Source: a virus
Lineage: Duplodnaviria > Heunggongvirae > Uroviricota > Caudoviricetes
IMG/VR virus record: IMGVR_UViG_3300044796_000656
Direction: 5' to 3' (one strand)
Length of the DNA stretch: 64,000 bases
Shown: piece by piece, positions 26,083-35,607 of the stretch
Layout of the letters: each line of letters begins with the position of its first letter
Numbering within the stretch: the first letter of the stretch is position 1
Notes under the pieces: generated by a model
Database searches by the model: none
The model's input: the letters and a program-made list of their open reading frames with translations, nothing else
Told to the model about the DNA's origin: nothing
Translations under genes and position numbers: made by a program

Positions 26083-26637
26083 ATGAATACACCTTCAACT
26101 GCATGGGCACGTAAGTTCTTTGATCTCGCGCAACATATCTCAGGTTGGTCGAAAGACCGGAGCACAAAGGTCGGCGCGGTCATCTTCAATCCCGACACGC
26201 ACGCGATTCTATCGGTCGGTTACAACGGGTTTCCTCGCGGAGTACGAGATGACGCATCAGATGTTACGCCGATCCTAGTACAGCCATCGATGGACACTTG
26301 GAAGGGTATTTTCACAGATCAAGTTGCAATTGATTCCGAGATTGCTCGTATCGGGTCCAGGCACGAACGGCCGCTGAAGTATAAATGGACGGTCCATGCG
26401 GAAGAAAACGCGATCCTTAACTGCGCGCGGCATGGTATCCGTACCGAGGGCATGGCGATCGCCCTTCAGTGGTATCCCTGCATGCATCCCTGTGCTTGTG
26501 CCATTGTTCAGTCTGGCATCGAGACGGTGATCTGCACTAGGCCCGACTTTAACCATCCTCGATTCGGGGAAGAGTTCAAGTTGACCCATGAATTGTTCTC
26601 TGAAGTGAAACTTAACGTCGTCTACCTGGAGACCTAA
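26083..26637 (+). CDS. dCMP (deoxycytidylate) deaminase
   Basis: Zinc-binding motifs HAEENA and PCxxC (YPCMHPCACAI). Confidence 0.8.
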   Translation: MNTPSTAWARKFFDLAQHISGWSKDRSTKVGAVIFNPDTHAILSVGYNGFPRGVRDDASDVTPILVQPSMDTWKGIFTDQVAIDSEIARIGSRHERPLKYKWTVHAEENAILNCARHGIRTEGMAIALQWYPCMHPCACAIVQSGIETVICTRPDFNHPRFGEEFKLTHELFSEVKLNVVYLET

Positions 26638-27329
26638 TGACGATTACCTGCACGGTTCCTCTGCATGCGATTGACGAACGACTTGAACGTGAAGGTATTC
26701 GTCTCCGCCGGGATCGCTTCTTCATCCCGACTATGGCCATGAAAGACATTCTTGGACTGGGGATTGAACCCCGCGAACTGGCCGAAAAGTACATGACGTT
26801 TTATGAGACGATTCCTTTTTATAAGGTCTGCCCTGGGGGCGCCCAACACCATCATTGGTGGATAGGCGGCCTGGAGGATCACGTCAAGGAAATGATCGGC
26901 TGGATGTATGACCAGAAGAGACTCTACAAGAGCGACCTGGCTGGAGTCAGTTCCACGGATATTGTCGCCGCCGCGTTCCTACACGACCTCGACAAGATTT
27001 GGATATACCAGTTGTTAACACCCGAAGAGAAAGAGAAATCCAAGGGCAAGTACCACGAAAAGCAGGAGTTCCGTGGCGTCCAGACAGCCTTCCAGAAGGT
27101 CGATCCCCATTCCAAGATGTTGCTGGAGTTGGCCCGCTTCGGGATCGTCCCCACAGACGATCAATGGTCGGCGATCCTGTTTCACCACGGCGGTTTCTCG
27201 CCGGCGCACTTCCAATTCGGCGGGACCAGTTACACCGGCGAGTTCGTGAACAAGCGCAACCCGCTGGCGTGTCTGTTGTCGATGGCCGACCTGTACAGCT
27301 CGCAAATCCTGGGAAGGAGTCTTTCCTAA
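26637..27329 (+). CDS. HD-domain phosphohydrolase
   Basis: HHHWW...H...FLHDLDK matches the H..HD..D metal-binding pattern. Confidence 0.6.
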   Translation: MTITCTVPLHAIDERLEREGIRLRRDRFFIPTMAMKDILGLGIEPRELAEKYMTFYETIPFYKVCPGGAQHHHWWIGGLEDHVKEMIGWMYDQKRLYKSDLAGVSSTDIVAAAFLHDLDKIWIYQLLTPEEKEKSKGKYHEKQEFRGVQTAFQKVDPHSKMLLELARFGIVPTDDQWSAILFHHGGFSPAHFQFGGTSYTGEFVNKRNPLACLLSMADLYSSQILGRSLS

Positions 27330-27532
27330 TGTGCATGGCTTGCGTTGAAGCGGGAGCCTGGGTCGTTGCGGCTGGTGCCACTGTCTTGCCGTTGGTCATT
27401 CCGGCGATCCGAAAGAAATGCGAGAAGTTCATAAGCTGCGGTGGTGAAGTCAGGTCCAACACTACAGTCTGCAAAACTGTCATCGCGGGTTCAAATCCCG
27501 CCCGCAGCTCCACCGATCCCGCACTCGAATGA
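27329..27532 (+). CDS. small membrane protein
   Basis: One TM helix. 67 aa. Confidence 0.35.
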   Translation: MCMACVEAGAWVVAAGATVLPLVIPAIRKKCEKFISCGGEVRSNTTVCKTVIAGSNPARSSTDPALE

Positions 27533-27801
27533 GCTGTCACCACAGCCTCCTTCCCGATGACAACAGTTCGTGCTTTCGGTGTCTGGAAGAGAACCTGGAA
27601 AAGATTCTTCACCAGCATCACCAATGCCCGTGGTGTGGCCGGATCTGGAAGTGCGCTGTGCCTTGGTGCAGCAAGGGTCTGGATATTATCCCGAATCAGT
27701 ACGATGCGTGCTGGATCAGGCACATCACCAGTCGCGAAGGGGTGCAGTGCTGCAAGAAGACGTACGACGTGGAAGATCACCCGTACTACGGAAAGCTCTA
27801 G
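27529..27801 (+). CDS. Cys-rich small protein
   Basis: Multiple CxxC pairs. Confidence 0.45.
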   Translation: MSCHHSLLPDDNSSCFRCLEENLEKILHQHHQCPWCGRIWKCAVPWCSKGLDIIPNQYDACWIRHITSREGVQCCKKTYDVEDHPYYGKL

Positions 27802-27812
27802 GAGTTCAAAGC

Positions 27813-28082
27813 ATGGTAGCAACTGAACCGACAACGTCTGAACCGACAACAAGTGTCGAGGTATTGAGTCTCAACTTGTCTGTCACCCGCGTCCGGACCT
27901 GGGACGGCGAGCAACTCATGGACGAGAAGTTTACCGTTCTCGAAGATTCATCGGAAACGATGGTGATCGAGGAAGGAAACTGGGTGGATACCGAACAGGC
28001 AGTAATCAAGTATCTCTGTCAAAGCGTCACAGAAGATACTCGGCCACCCTACCTGATAAGTAGGCGCAGTAAATCGAGTTAG
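27813..28082 (+). CDS. hypothetical protein
   Basis: 89 aa. EPTTS repeat at the N-terminus. Confidence 0.4.
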   Translation: MVATEPTTSEPTTSVEVLSLNLSVTRVRTWDGEQLMDEKFTVLEDSSETMVIEEGNWVDTEQAVIKYLCQSVTEDTRPPYLISRRSKSS

Positions 28083-28093
28083 AAGGACGGACA

Positions 28094-30247
28094 ATGCCGA
28101 AGATCATACTTGCCGCAGACCAGTTTTGCGGAGCTGGTGGGACATCGTTGGGATTTACCCGGGCATGCTACAAGCGCGGGTTAAGCCCGGACCTGCTCGC
28201 CATCAATCACTGGCCGCTGGCAATCGAGACTCATTCGGAGAACCTGGCGTATGCACGTCACATGTGCATGTCGCTCGATCAGGTGAATCCGCGTGAGGCT
28301 GTTCCAGGCGGCCGTTTACATCTGTTGATGTCCTCGCCCGAATGTACGCATCACAGCGTCGCGCGTGGCGGAAAGCCTATTAACGACCAGTCGCGCGCTA
28401 CCGCGTGGCACGTCATTAAGTGGGCGCAGGAACTCTGGATCGCCAACATTCTTGTGGAGAACGTCCCTGAGTTCCAGTCGTGGGGTCCGCTGAAGTCCGA
28501 TCTTACTCCGGACAAACGATACAAGGGGCAGTTGTTCATGTCCTGGATCGAGAACCTCAAGGCTCTCAACTACAACGTTGAGTGGCGTGAACTATGCGCC
28601 GCCGATTATGGAGATGCGACGACGCGTGTCCGGTTGTTTGTGCAGGCCCGAAAGAAGCACCTCGGGCCGGTCACCTGGCCGGAACCAACTCATGCTCGGC
28701 CCATAGAAGTAGGCGCTGATCTGTTCTCGGCCGCAAAGAAACCGTGGCGATCCGCACGGGAGATCATCGACTGGGACATCACCGGAAGAAGTATCTTCAA
28801 CCGCAAGAAGCCCCTGTCACCCAACACGATCAAACGGATTGCAGCCGGACTGAAGAAGTTCGGCGGCGCCGCGGCCGAACCGTTCCTGGTCATGCTTTAT
28901 GGAACTGGAATGGTCCGCGACGTCGATCGGCCGCTTCCGACTGTGACAGCCGACGGCCAGCATATTGCCCTCTGTGAACCGTTTGTCGTCAATCTGAAGA
29001 AGGGAAGCATGCCTCGTAGCGTGGACAAACCCTGCGCGACCCAGACTACGAAGCAGCACCAGTACCTCTGTGAGCCGTTTGTTCTGGGCCAGCAGTCGTG
29101 CAGTGCTCCCCGCTCGACGGATCTTCCGATCCCGACAGTGGCGACCGCGGGTGCCATCCGGGTATGCGAGCCGTTTCTTATTCCGCAGTTTAGTGAACAC
29201 GCTCCTCGATCCATCGATCGCCCTATCGGGACGGTCACAACCACCAGCCGGGGAGTTGGCTTAGTGGACTTCGTGATCGGTATAGACCACCAGGGCGGAG
29301 ATGGCTCTCCGCGCTCTGTGGAAGAACCGATCACCACGATGACCACCAAGGCCCGTCATTGTGTTGTTGAAGCCGCGGCGGAGCCCGTAAGCCAGTTCCT
29401 CGTCCATTCCGGAGGGCCATCGGTTGCCGAGCGTTCGGTAGACCAACCCTTGAACACCATTCTTACACGCGAGCACATGGCCGTTGTCGAAGCCGTGGCG
29501 CTCAAGGTCGATGCTCCGGCTTTCCTGGTCAATGTCGGAGGCCCGGAAGGCTCCGGCCGGCAGCCGAAGTCGGTGGACGTGCCCTTGAATACCGTCCTGA
29601 CAGAGAACCATACGGCGGTCGTCGAACCATTCATTATGGCGGTTAATCATGGAAACGATGGACCAACGGCAGATGCCCGGCGCTGCAAGTCAATGAACGA
29701 TCCGTTGCCGACGTTGACCACGGAACAATCGTTTGCGATCGTCGATCCCTTCTTGATGGCTGTCAACCACAGCGAAACCGGGAATGGGGGTGCCCGCTGC
29801 TACACCGTCGATGATCCTCTGGGAACGCTTACGACCAAGGGGTCGTTTGCGGTGATCGATGCCGATGCTCAGAAGGTCGATCAGACTTTCCTGGTCAAGT
29901 ATTACGGGTCTGGGATTGCGACCTCGGTCGATGAACCCCTGGACACCGTGACTACGAAAGACCGCTTTGGCCTGGTGACCATCAACGGCGAGCAGTATGC
30001 GCTCGACATCCGCTTGCGCATGTTGGAACCAAAGGAGTTGGCGGCGGCGCACTCGATGGAGGGTCACATCTTCAAAGGGCCACGTTCGATGCAGGTAAAG
30101 CAGATCGGCAACGGCGTTCCATCAGGTCTCAGCGAAGCCCTGACAGGTAACGTCCTCGATCAGTACGCCGATGTCATCGACGAAACCGATGTCCCGATAG
30201 ATCTTTTGATAGCCGGGGCCGGTACGACTATACCTGCAACTGTGTAA
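28094..30247 (+). CDS. DNA (cytosine-5) methyltransferase with a tandem-repeat target-recognition region
   Basis: Motif I FCGAGG, motif IV SSPEC, motif VI ENV. Motif IX LRMLEPKELAAAHSM and motif X QIGNGVP. Between motif VI and motif IX there are about 10 tandem repeats of 35-40 aa. Confidence 0.85.
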   Translation: MPKIILAADQFCGAGGTSLGFTRACYKRGLSPDLLAINHWPLAIETHSENLAYARHMCMSLDQVNPREAVPGGRLHLLMSSPECTHHSVARGGKPINDQSRATAWHVIKWAQELWIANILVENVPEFQSWGPLKSDLTPDKRYKGQLFMSWIENLKALNYNVEWRELCAADYGDATTRVRLFVQARKKHLGPVTWPEPTHARPIEVGADLFSAAKKPWRSAREIIDWDITGRSIFNRKKPLSPNTIKRIAAGLKKFGGAAAEPFLVMLYGTGMVRDVDRPLPTVTADGQHIALCEPFVVNLKKGSMPRSVDKPCATQTTKQHQYLCEPFVLGQQSCSAPRSTDLPIPTVATAGAIRVCEPFLIPQFSEHAPRSIDRPIGTVTTTSRGVGLVDFVIGIDHQGGDGSPRSVEEPITTMTTKARHCVVEAAAEPVSQFLVHSGGPSVAERSVDQPLNTILTREHMAVVEAVALKVDAPAFLVNVGGPEGSGRQPKSVDVPLNTVLTENHTAVVEPFIMAVNHGNDGPTADARRCKSMNDPLPTLTTEQSFAIVDPFLMAVNHSETGNGGARCYTVDDPLGTLTTKGSFAVIDADAQKVDQTFLVKYYGSGIATSVDEPLDTVTTKDRFGLVTINGEQYALDIRLRMLEPKELAAAHSMEGHIFKGPRSMQVKQIGNGVPSGLSEALTGNVLDQYADVIDETDVPIDLLIAGAGTTIPATV
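28913..29990 (+). repeat. about 10 tandem degenerate coding repeats (R-S-x-D-x-P-x-x-T-x-T-T ... V-E-P-F) inside the methyltransferase
   Basis: Repeated peptide units visible in the translation: RSVDKP..TQTT, RSTDLPIPTVAT, RSIDRPIGTVTT, RSVEEPITTMTT, RSVDQPLNTILT, KSVDVPLNTVLT, MNDPLPTLTT, VDDPLGTLTT, VDEPLDTVTT. Confidence 0.75.
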
Positions 30248-30254
30248 GGAGTAA

Positions 30255-30710
30255 TTGATGCAGCAGCTCGAAGCAACCATGCGGCATGTCGAAGACTGCG
30301 TTCGGGCGGCGCTGGCAACTTTGCCTGCCGGCGTTGTCTTGGACAATGTACCTTGGCGACCTGATGCACACGTTCTTTTCAGGTTAAAGTCGTTCAAGTT
30401 TGGCATAGCTGCACCTCGCGAGTCAGCGTACACCTCCAAGGCAGTCTTTGGTAAGGTCTCGTTCTCGGCTACGCTCGACCACGAGGATTCAGAAACACAG
30501 GGAAAGGCTATTTGCTGGATTCTTCAATCGCTTCGGGAGCGCCTGAAGATCGGAAGTTACCGCCGCGTGAAGATTACCAAGAACATGGAACTTTTCAAGG
30601 CAAAGTCGATGACTTATACAAAGCTGACGATAACAGTATCGTTTAGTGATTTGATCGACACGTCTTTCCAGTACGACTTGCTCTGGGCCGCCGCAGTGTC
30701 CCAGCAGTAA
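30255..30710 (+). CDS. hypothetical protein
   Basis: 151 aa. Confidence 0.5.
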   Translation: MMQQLEATMRHVEDCVRAALATLPAGVVLDNVPWRPDAHVLFRLKSFKFGIAAPRESAYTSKAVFGKVSFSATLDHEDSETQGKAICWILQSLRERLKIGSYRRVKITKNMELFKAKSMTYTKLTITVSFSDLIDTSFQYDLLWAAAVSQQ

Positions 30711-30835
30711 TCCTTCAACAATAGGCGGGCAACCGTCACGTCGCAGAGTCAGACCTCGACGTGTGTCCTGAAGTGTGGGCGCAAGTCTAGCCAGAAGTTG
30801 CTAGGCGAGTTTGGCAACCTAAGGAGGAGCTAACC

Positions 30836-31270
30836 ATGGCTCTCAATCGTTATGAAGTAATCGGAAACGTCGGGAAAGATCCCGAGATCATCAAGACCAA
30901 CGGCGGCAAGACCATCGCAAAGTTTTCGGTCGCCACTAACGAGTACGCCGGTAAAGACGGCGGCGGCAAAGCCAAATACGAGACTGAGTGGCACAACGTT
31001 AAGGTATTTGGGTCGAGCGCAGAATACGTCGAGAAGCAACTCAAGGCCGGCGATGTCGTCTTTGTGTCGGGCCGCCACAAGACGGAGACCTACGACAAGA
31101 AGGAAGGTGGCGGCAAGGGCTACTCGATCTTCTGCCAGGTCGGCCTCAATGGCCGAGTCGAACGCGTATCCCGCAAGGAAGGCACCTCGAACGGCAACGG
31201 CAACGGAAATGGTAACAGCTCCAGCGCCACGGAAAAGGCTCCCGAGGTCGAGGAAGAAATTCCCTTCTAG
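30836..31270 (+). CDS. ssb: single-stranded DNA-binding protein
   Basis: OB-fold SSB core (RYEVIGNVGKDPE...EWHNVKVFG). Gly/Asn-rich linker. Acidic tail ending EEEIPF. Confidence 0.85.
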   Translation: MALNRYEVIGNVGKDPEIIKTNGGKTIAKFSVATNEYAGKDGGGKAKYETEWHNVKVFGSSAEYVEKQLKAGDVVFVSGRHKTETYDKKEGGGKGYSIFCQVGLNGRVERVSRKEGTSNGNGNGNGNSSSATEKAPEVEEEIPF

Positions 31271-31281
31271 GAATGAGGTAA

Positions 31282-31304
31282 GGGGGCAGATTAAGTCTGC
31301 CCCC
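31282..31304 (+). terminator. strong hairpin after ssb with a weak U tract
   Basis: GGGGGCAGA-TTAAG-TCTGCCCCC. Confidence 0.4.
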
Positions 31305-31312
31305 AAACTCTT

Positions 31313-31900
31313 ATGAATGAACTGGTCGTCGCATCTCGTTTAATGGTGACATCCAGCCTGAATCGAGTCTCGCGTGCGGGATGCTCGGTGCGGGCTTCTG
31401 ACGGCTCCGTTCATACCGTCCTGTTCGATAATCACGATCCGAATGTAGTCCTGCTGATGGATTCCATGGATGAATTTGACGTCCATGGCCGGCTCTACCA
31501 TGTCTTTGTTGGCAGGTACCTGGACAGGATTAACGGCAAAGATATGGAAGTCTTCCGCCTTCATGGGGATATCTGGCCGACAAGCCTGCGTTCAGACGAA
31601 ACCCCGATGTGTTTTGGCGAAGAGGTTCACAGGATCGAAAGACTTGATCGGATTACTCGCCATAGTTTCGAACATCTCGGAGGTTTATTCATAACCGATT
31701 CAACCCAATTGAGTTGCGTCTTGCAGGCCGGAGTTCCGCCTGTGCATTGTTCGGTGGATTTGATTCCAGACCGGACGAAATACAAAGCTCTATTCCCGCA
31801 CTTACCTCACCCTGGGATGATCCGGGACGGCAACGACACGGATGCCGTGGAGGAGTGGATTCGAATGACACGGCCGCCTAAACCAGTGAGGGTTATGTAG
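31313..31900 (+). CDS. hypothetical protein
   Basis: 195 aa. Confidence 0.5.
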   Translation: MNELVVASRLMVTSSLNRVSRAGCSVRASDGSVHTVLFDNHDPNVVLLMDSMDEFDVHGRLYHVFVGRYLDRINGKDMEVFRLHGDIWPTSLRSDETPMCFGEEVHRIERLDRITRHSFEHLGGLFITDSTQLSCVLQAGVPPVHCSVDLIPDRTKYKALFPHLPHPGMIRDGNDTDAVEEWIRMTRPPKPVRVM

Positions 31901-32058
31901 ATGGAAAGCCCGCAGGTAACTCCCCAACAGATCCATAATTTGTGGCGTACGGGTAAAACCTTTAATGAGATCTGCGAGTTTACAGGTCTGAGTCTTCAAG
32001 CGGTAATGCAGGCATTTAATGCCCCGAGGAAACATGACAAAGAAACGAAGCCAAACTG
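31900..32058 (+). CDS. small protein (52 aa) with helix-turn-helix-like segment
   Basis: Translation reads TFNEICEFTGLSLQAVMQA. Confidence 0.3.
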
Positions 32059-32576
32059 AACCGCACCAGGTTTTCGGCGGAAGTCAAGGTGTGCCTAACA
32101 ATCGCCGTCGTATGGACCCTCCCGAGGAGAAACGGATCTACATCGTTGTTCCCCAGACGGTCCAGGTTCTTGGGAAGTCTGGTTTCCCGAGAAGTGCCCG
32201 CAAAGTGATGCGCAACTTCCGTATGGAACACGGCCGCCTGATGGCGCAGTGCGCGCATGTCGCGCGCCGGCTGGAGAACGAACAGCTCAACGAGAAGTTC
32301 TGGGACGAGAGAGACCCCAGTACTCGCAAGACATCTGCGTATAAAGAGATCACGACCATCGTTCTCAGCGTCCGTAACAGTCGGGAACTGGAGAAGGTCG
32401 CTGTCGAGGTCGCTCTGACCGGCGGCCGGAATCTGTATTTCCCGTTCGCCGACACCAATCCGGAGTTCTACGGGACCAGGGAGAAGGTCTTTACGGCCTT
32501 TGCCATCGGTCCGATCGAGCGCAGCAAGATCGATCCCGTACTCGGGCATCTTCCGCTCTATGGAGATCAGGCATGA
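32034..32576 (+). CDS. PTH2-family peptidyl-tRNA hydrolase
   Basis: GKSG...GRLMAQCAHVA aligns with the PTH2 GKGKIAAQCSHA motif. ...AFAIGP...GHLPLY aligns with VLAIGP..GHLKL. Confidence 0.6.
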   Translation: MTKKRSQTEPHQVFGGSQGVPNNRRRMDPPEEKRIYIVVPQTVQVLGKSGFPRSARKVMRNFRMEHGRLMAQCAHVARRLENEQLNEKFWDERDPSTRKTSAYKEITTIVLSVRNSRELEKVAVEVALTGGRNLYFPFADTNPEFYGTREKVFTAFAIGPIERSKIDPVLGHLPLYGDQA

Positions 32577-32917
32577 CGCCGAAAAAGATCATATTCGTCA
32601 CCGTCGATGATGGTGTCGCCGAAGTGGACACCAAAACCGTTCCTGAGGGCGTCGAGGTTCGCGTTCTCGACTTCGATTCTTTGAAAGAAGATCCGAAGGG
32701 CTTCAACGGGGAATTGGATGAGATCGACCGGAAGTATCTTGACGACCGGCATCCCAGGCAACTCACCAAACTTACCGATGTCCTGGTAGCGGCGGAAGCC
32801 GAAGGCGAAGTGTGCATCGAGTGCGGACAGCCCATCAACGACTGCATCTGCGATGAAGAAAACAACTTCCTTGGCGAAGATGATGACGAAAAAGAGGAAG
32901 AAGAGGAAGGTGCATGA
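32573..32917 (+). CDS. hypothetical acidic protein with CxxC..C motif
   Basis: 114 aa with an E/D-rich tail. Confidence 0.5.
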   Translation: MTPKKIIFVTVDDGVAEVDTKTVPEGVEVRVLDFDSLKEDPKGFNGELDEIDRKYLDDRHPRQLTKLTDVLVAAEAEGEVCIECGQPINDCICDEENNFLGEDDDEKEEEEEGA

Positions 32918-33276
32918 GTATCAACCAGCATTTGAATGCCACGATCGCCCTGATCCATGGCGACATGAAGTTGGTGCGGGAGATCCTGCGCTCGCCGGGG
33001 TCCGACGTCAAGAACGTACCGCAAGTCGTGAGTGCGTTGGCGCAGGCGTTGGATGAAGTACGCGCGGATGCGGTCACAGTTGCCAAACATGAGGCTGACA
33101 TTGCGTTGGTCATCAAGGAATTGACTGCCGTCCAGGTGGATTCCCTGGGCATAGAACCTGGTGAAAGTCTGACACCTGATCTGAAGAATTCGTTTATGAA
33201 CGGTGTGGAAGCCGTCGAGAAACTCATCAGTGACCGCATCAAGCGGCACAGGTACGAACTGCGTCATGACAATTGA
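32914..33276 (+). CDS. hypothetical protein
   Basis: 120 aa. Confidence 0.5.
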   Translation: MSINQHLNATIALIHGDMKLVREILRSPGSDVKNVPQVVSALAQALDEVRADAVTVAKHEADIALVIKELTAVQVDSLGIEPGESLTPDLKNSFMNGVEAVEKLISDRIKRHRYELRHDN

Positions 33277-33757
33277 ACTCTACGGTTCCAGTATCCTGCG
33301 CGAGGTGTGTGATCCGATCGAAGACTTCGGTTCCGACATGCTTATGAGCCTGGTGCGCGGGATGAAGGACGCGATGAACAGCAAAGAAGGTGCTGGTCTC
33401 GCCGCTCCCCAGGTCGGCTTCAATGAACGCATGTTCGTGTTGAACGAGCAGTTGGCCGGCGGAAAGTGCGATACCGTGATCTGCAATCCCGTGTTGCTGC
33501 GGGATATGGGCAAGGATGTCCAGCAGGAAGGCTGTCTCAGTGTTCCGGGTTTCTTTGAAAACGTCGAACGAAGCCGCAACATCGAGTTCGAGTATTTTAC
33601 GGCCGAGGGTATTCAAAAGCAGGTGTTCGTTTCCGGATTCCTTGCCCGATGCATTCAACATGAAATGGATCATCTGGACGGGAAACTGTTTGTCGATTAC
33701 CTGAACAAAGACCGCCAGAAGAAGATCGAGAAGGCGATGCGAAAACTACGGGGGTAA
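33266..33757 (+). CDS. def: peptide deformylase
   Basis: Motifs GAGLAAPQVG, EGCLSVPG and HEMDHLDG. Confidence 0.8.
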   Translation: MTIELYGSSILREVCDPIEDFGSDMLMSLVRGMKDAMNSKEGAGLAAPQVGFNERMFVLNEQLAGGKCDTVICNPVLLRDMGKDVQQEGCLSVPGFFENVERSRNIEFEYFTAEGIQKQVFVSGFLARCIQHEMDHLDGKLFVDYLNKDRQKKIEKAMRKLRG

Positions 33758-33764
33758 AGCCAAG

Positions 33765-34265
33765 ATGGCAAGCGAATGGTTTGAGTTCAACTCCGGAAGC
33801 CACAAGGCTTGTATTGAAGATGCCGTGGCTAGTGTGGAATGCAAGTACGGCGCTACGGTGGAACGTCAAACTGCACGCGGAAATTGTGTCTGGATGGTCG
33901 TGAAGACTGTCCATTACAAGTTCATTGCCGTTGTGATCTTGATGCCGATCCACCGAGGCCGTTACTGGAAGTACAGGATCTTTGCCGAAGGCCGTTGCGA
34001 CCGACTTGAATGGGTAACGTGCCCTGAAGCATTCCTCCAAGCAACTGCTGATTCGCCCCAACGCAAGGAAGGCTGGCGCAAACTGGTTCGCGAGTATCAC
34101 CAGAAGCGCCGCCAGATTATCAAAGTAGGCGACCGAATCAGCCTGATCGGCACAAAGATCTCTGAGGTCAAGATCATCGGTGTTAATCCCCTGGTCGGCG
34201 AATACGCAGGGACCCTGTATCGGATTCCGCGCCGGCTGCTTCGCTTGGAGGAGGTTGCTTCGTGA
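33765..34265 (+). CDS. hypothetical protein
   Basis: 166 aa. Confidence 0.5.
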   Translation: MASEWFEFNSGSHKACIEDAVASVECKYGATVERQTARGNCVWMVVKTVHYKFIAVVILMPIHRGRYWKYRIFAEGRCDRLEWVTCPEAFLQATADSPQRKEGWRKLVREYHQKRRQIIKVGDRISLIGTKISEVKIIGVNPLVGEYAGTLYRIPRRLLRLEEVAS

Positions 34266-34744
34266 CAACGATAGTGATCAAAAGAAAGAAACGTTGTGGG
34301 AAACACATGTTAGAGGAGCGCGCGTTTTGCGCTCTTGACCCAGGTCACGAGGGGGACTGTTCTAAGTTTCCGGTGAATCAGGGAGTACGGCTTGCAGAGG
34401 TCGTTACGGAAGTACGAGCGAGACTAGCGTCTCTACGGGCATCCATTACGCAACTTGAGAAGTACGAGAACGAGTATCTCGGCGTGGCGTTGGTGTCATG
34501 CATGGGATCGACGGCCGGATCGCCTGATGGTTGCGGGACTCTCCTGCTAGTCAAAGAGTTGGTTTATATCCAAACATACTGGTACAACCAACCCTATGGA
34601 TGCACTGGCGGCGATTATTGGAATCTCGGAGAAGGTCAGTTTGTCTGTCCTAAGTGCAGCATACTGAACCGACTCTATGAGCGCCCGGAAGTGGTGAAAC
34701 TCAAGTCGTTCTTTAAGGAAATCAAGAAGACACACGATCGATAG
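34262..34744 (+). CDS. Cys-rich hypothetical protein
   Basis: GTG start. Several CxxC-like pairs. Confidence 0.5.
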   Translation: MTTIVIKRKKRCGKHMLEERAFCALDPGHEGDCSKFPVNQGVRLAEVVTEVRARLASLRASITQLEKYENEYLGVALVSCMGSTAGSPDGCGTLLLVKELVYIQTYWYNQPYGCTGGDYWNLGEGQFVCPKCSILNRLYERPEVVKLKSFFKEIKKTHDR

Positions 34745-34757
34745 GAACGGAGATGTA

Positions 34758-35186
34758 ATGTTCAAAGAAAACCTCAGTGTGGAACTAACCTGCCCGAAGC
34801 ATCCTGATTTTAACCCCAGAGAAGAACATCCCTTTGAGGGGTGCGCTTATTGCAGGGCGATTAACTATATAGCAGGTTGGATGAAGCGGTCGGAGTGCAT
34901 GGTGGACTCCATTAGGATGGGCCTCTATGAAGCCTCAACGAAGCCTTCGGTGAAAGAGGCAACGCCGTCTACGTCGGAGATCGCATACGTCATTACCGAT
35001 AACGAGATGCCCCGTAGTGAGGAAGAATCCACTATGAAGCTGGCGCCGCTGGTTAAGCGGAAGGTTAAGGGTGGTGTGCGAGTGAAATCAGCGCCGCGGA
35101 AGCCTTACGTTGAATCCCCTGCCGAACCTGAGAAGCCGACTGCGCCGCCGGCCAGTACTCCGGCCGACAATGGCATGTTGCTGTAA
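34758..35186 (+). CDS. hypothetical protein
   Basis: 142 aa. Confidence 0.5.
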   Translation: MFKENLSVELTCPKHPDFNPREEHPFEGCAYCRAINYIAGWMKRSECMVDSIRMGLYEASTKPSVKEATPSTSEIAYVITDNEMPRSEEESTMKLAPLVKRKVKGGVRVKSAPRKPYVESPAEPEKPTAPPASTPADNGMLL

Positions 35187-35198
35187 ATAGGAGGTCTT

Positions 35199-35390
35199 GT
35201 GACCCTGACTGAAGATGTTAAGCAAAGCACGTCTGATCTGGCTGATCTGGATCTGTTCGAGTGCGATGGATGTCACATTATCTTCGACATCGATTCGTCG
35301 CATAAACCCTACGGCAAGAAGGGCATCATGGTCTGTGATACCTGCAATGCCCAGATCGAGAAAGCAGGGGTGTTCAACGATGCCACGTAA
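35199..35390 (+). CDS. small zinc-ribbon protein
   Basis: CDGCH...CDTCN. Confidence 0.4.
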   Translation: MTLTEDVKQSTSDLADLDLFECDGCHIIFDIDSSHKPYGKKGIMVCDTCNAQIEKAGVFNDAT

Positions 35391-35607
35391 GCCGCGCCCG
35401 GACTTGGTCCGTTATAACACCACCCTGGACGTCGATCGACAGGTAACGATGGAAGAGAAGATCGCTGCCAGAATCTTCGACGATCCTGATATCGAGACCA
35501 ACGAAGAAGTCGCCAGTCAGCTCGGCCGCGACATCCTCGCTCTGATTCTTCCCGAGTTTTGTCCTGAGTTCGTGAAGGGTTACGAGAAAACAGGAGACAC
35601 TGCATGA
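35378..35607 (+). CDS. hypothetical acidic protein
   Basis: 75 aa. Overlaps neighbours. Confidence 0.4.

Noticed and set aside
28913-29990. Tandem DNA repeats that could be mistaken for a CRISPR array or satellite
   Set aside because: The repeats are degenerate, in frame and inside a methyltransferase ORF between catalytic motifs VI and IX. They are coding repeats, not a repeat-spacer array.
31150-31230. GNGNGNGN run
   Set aside because: It is the low-complexity Gly/Asn linker of SSB, not a regulatory microsatellite.
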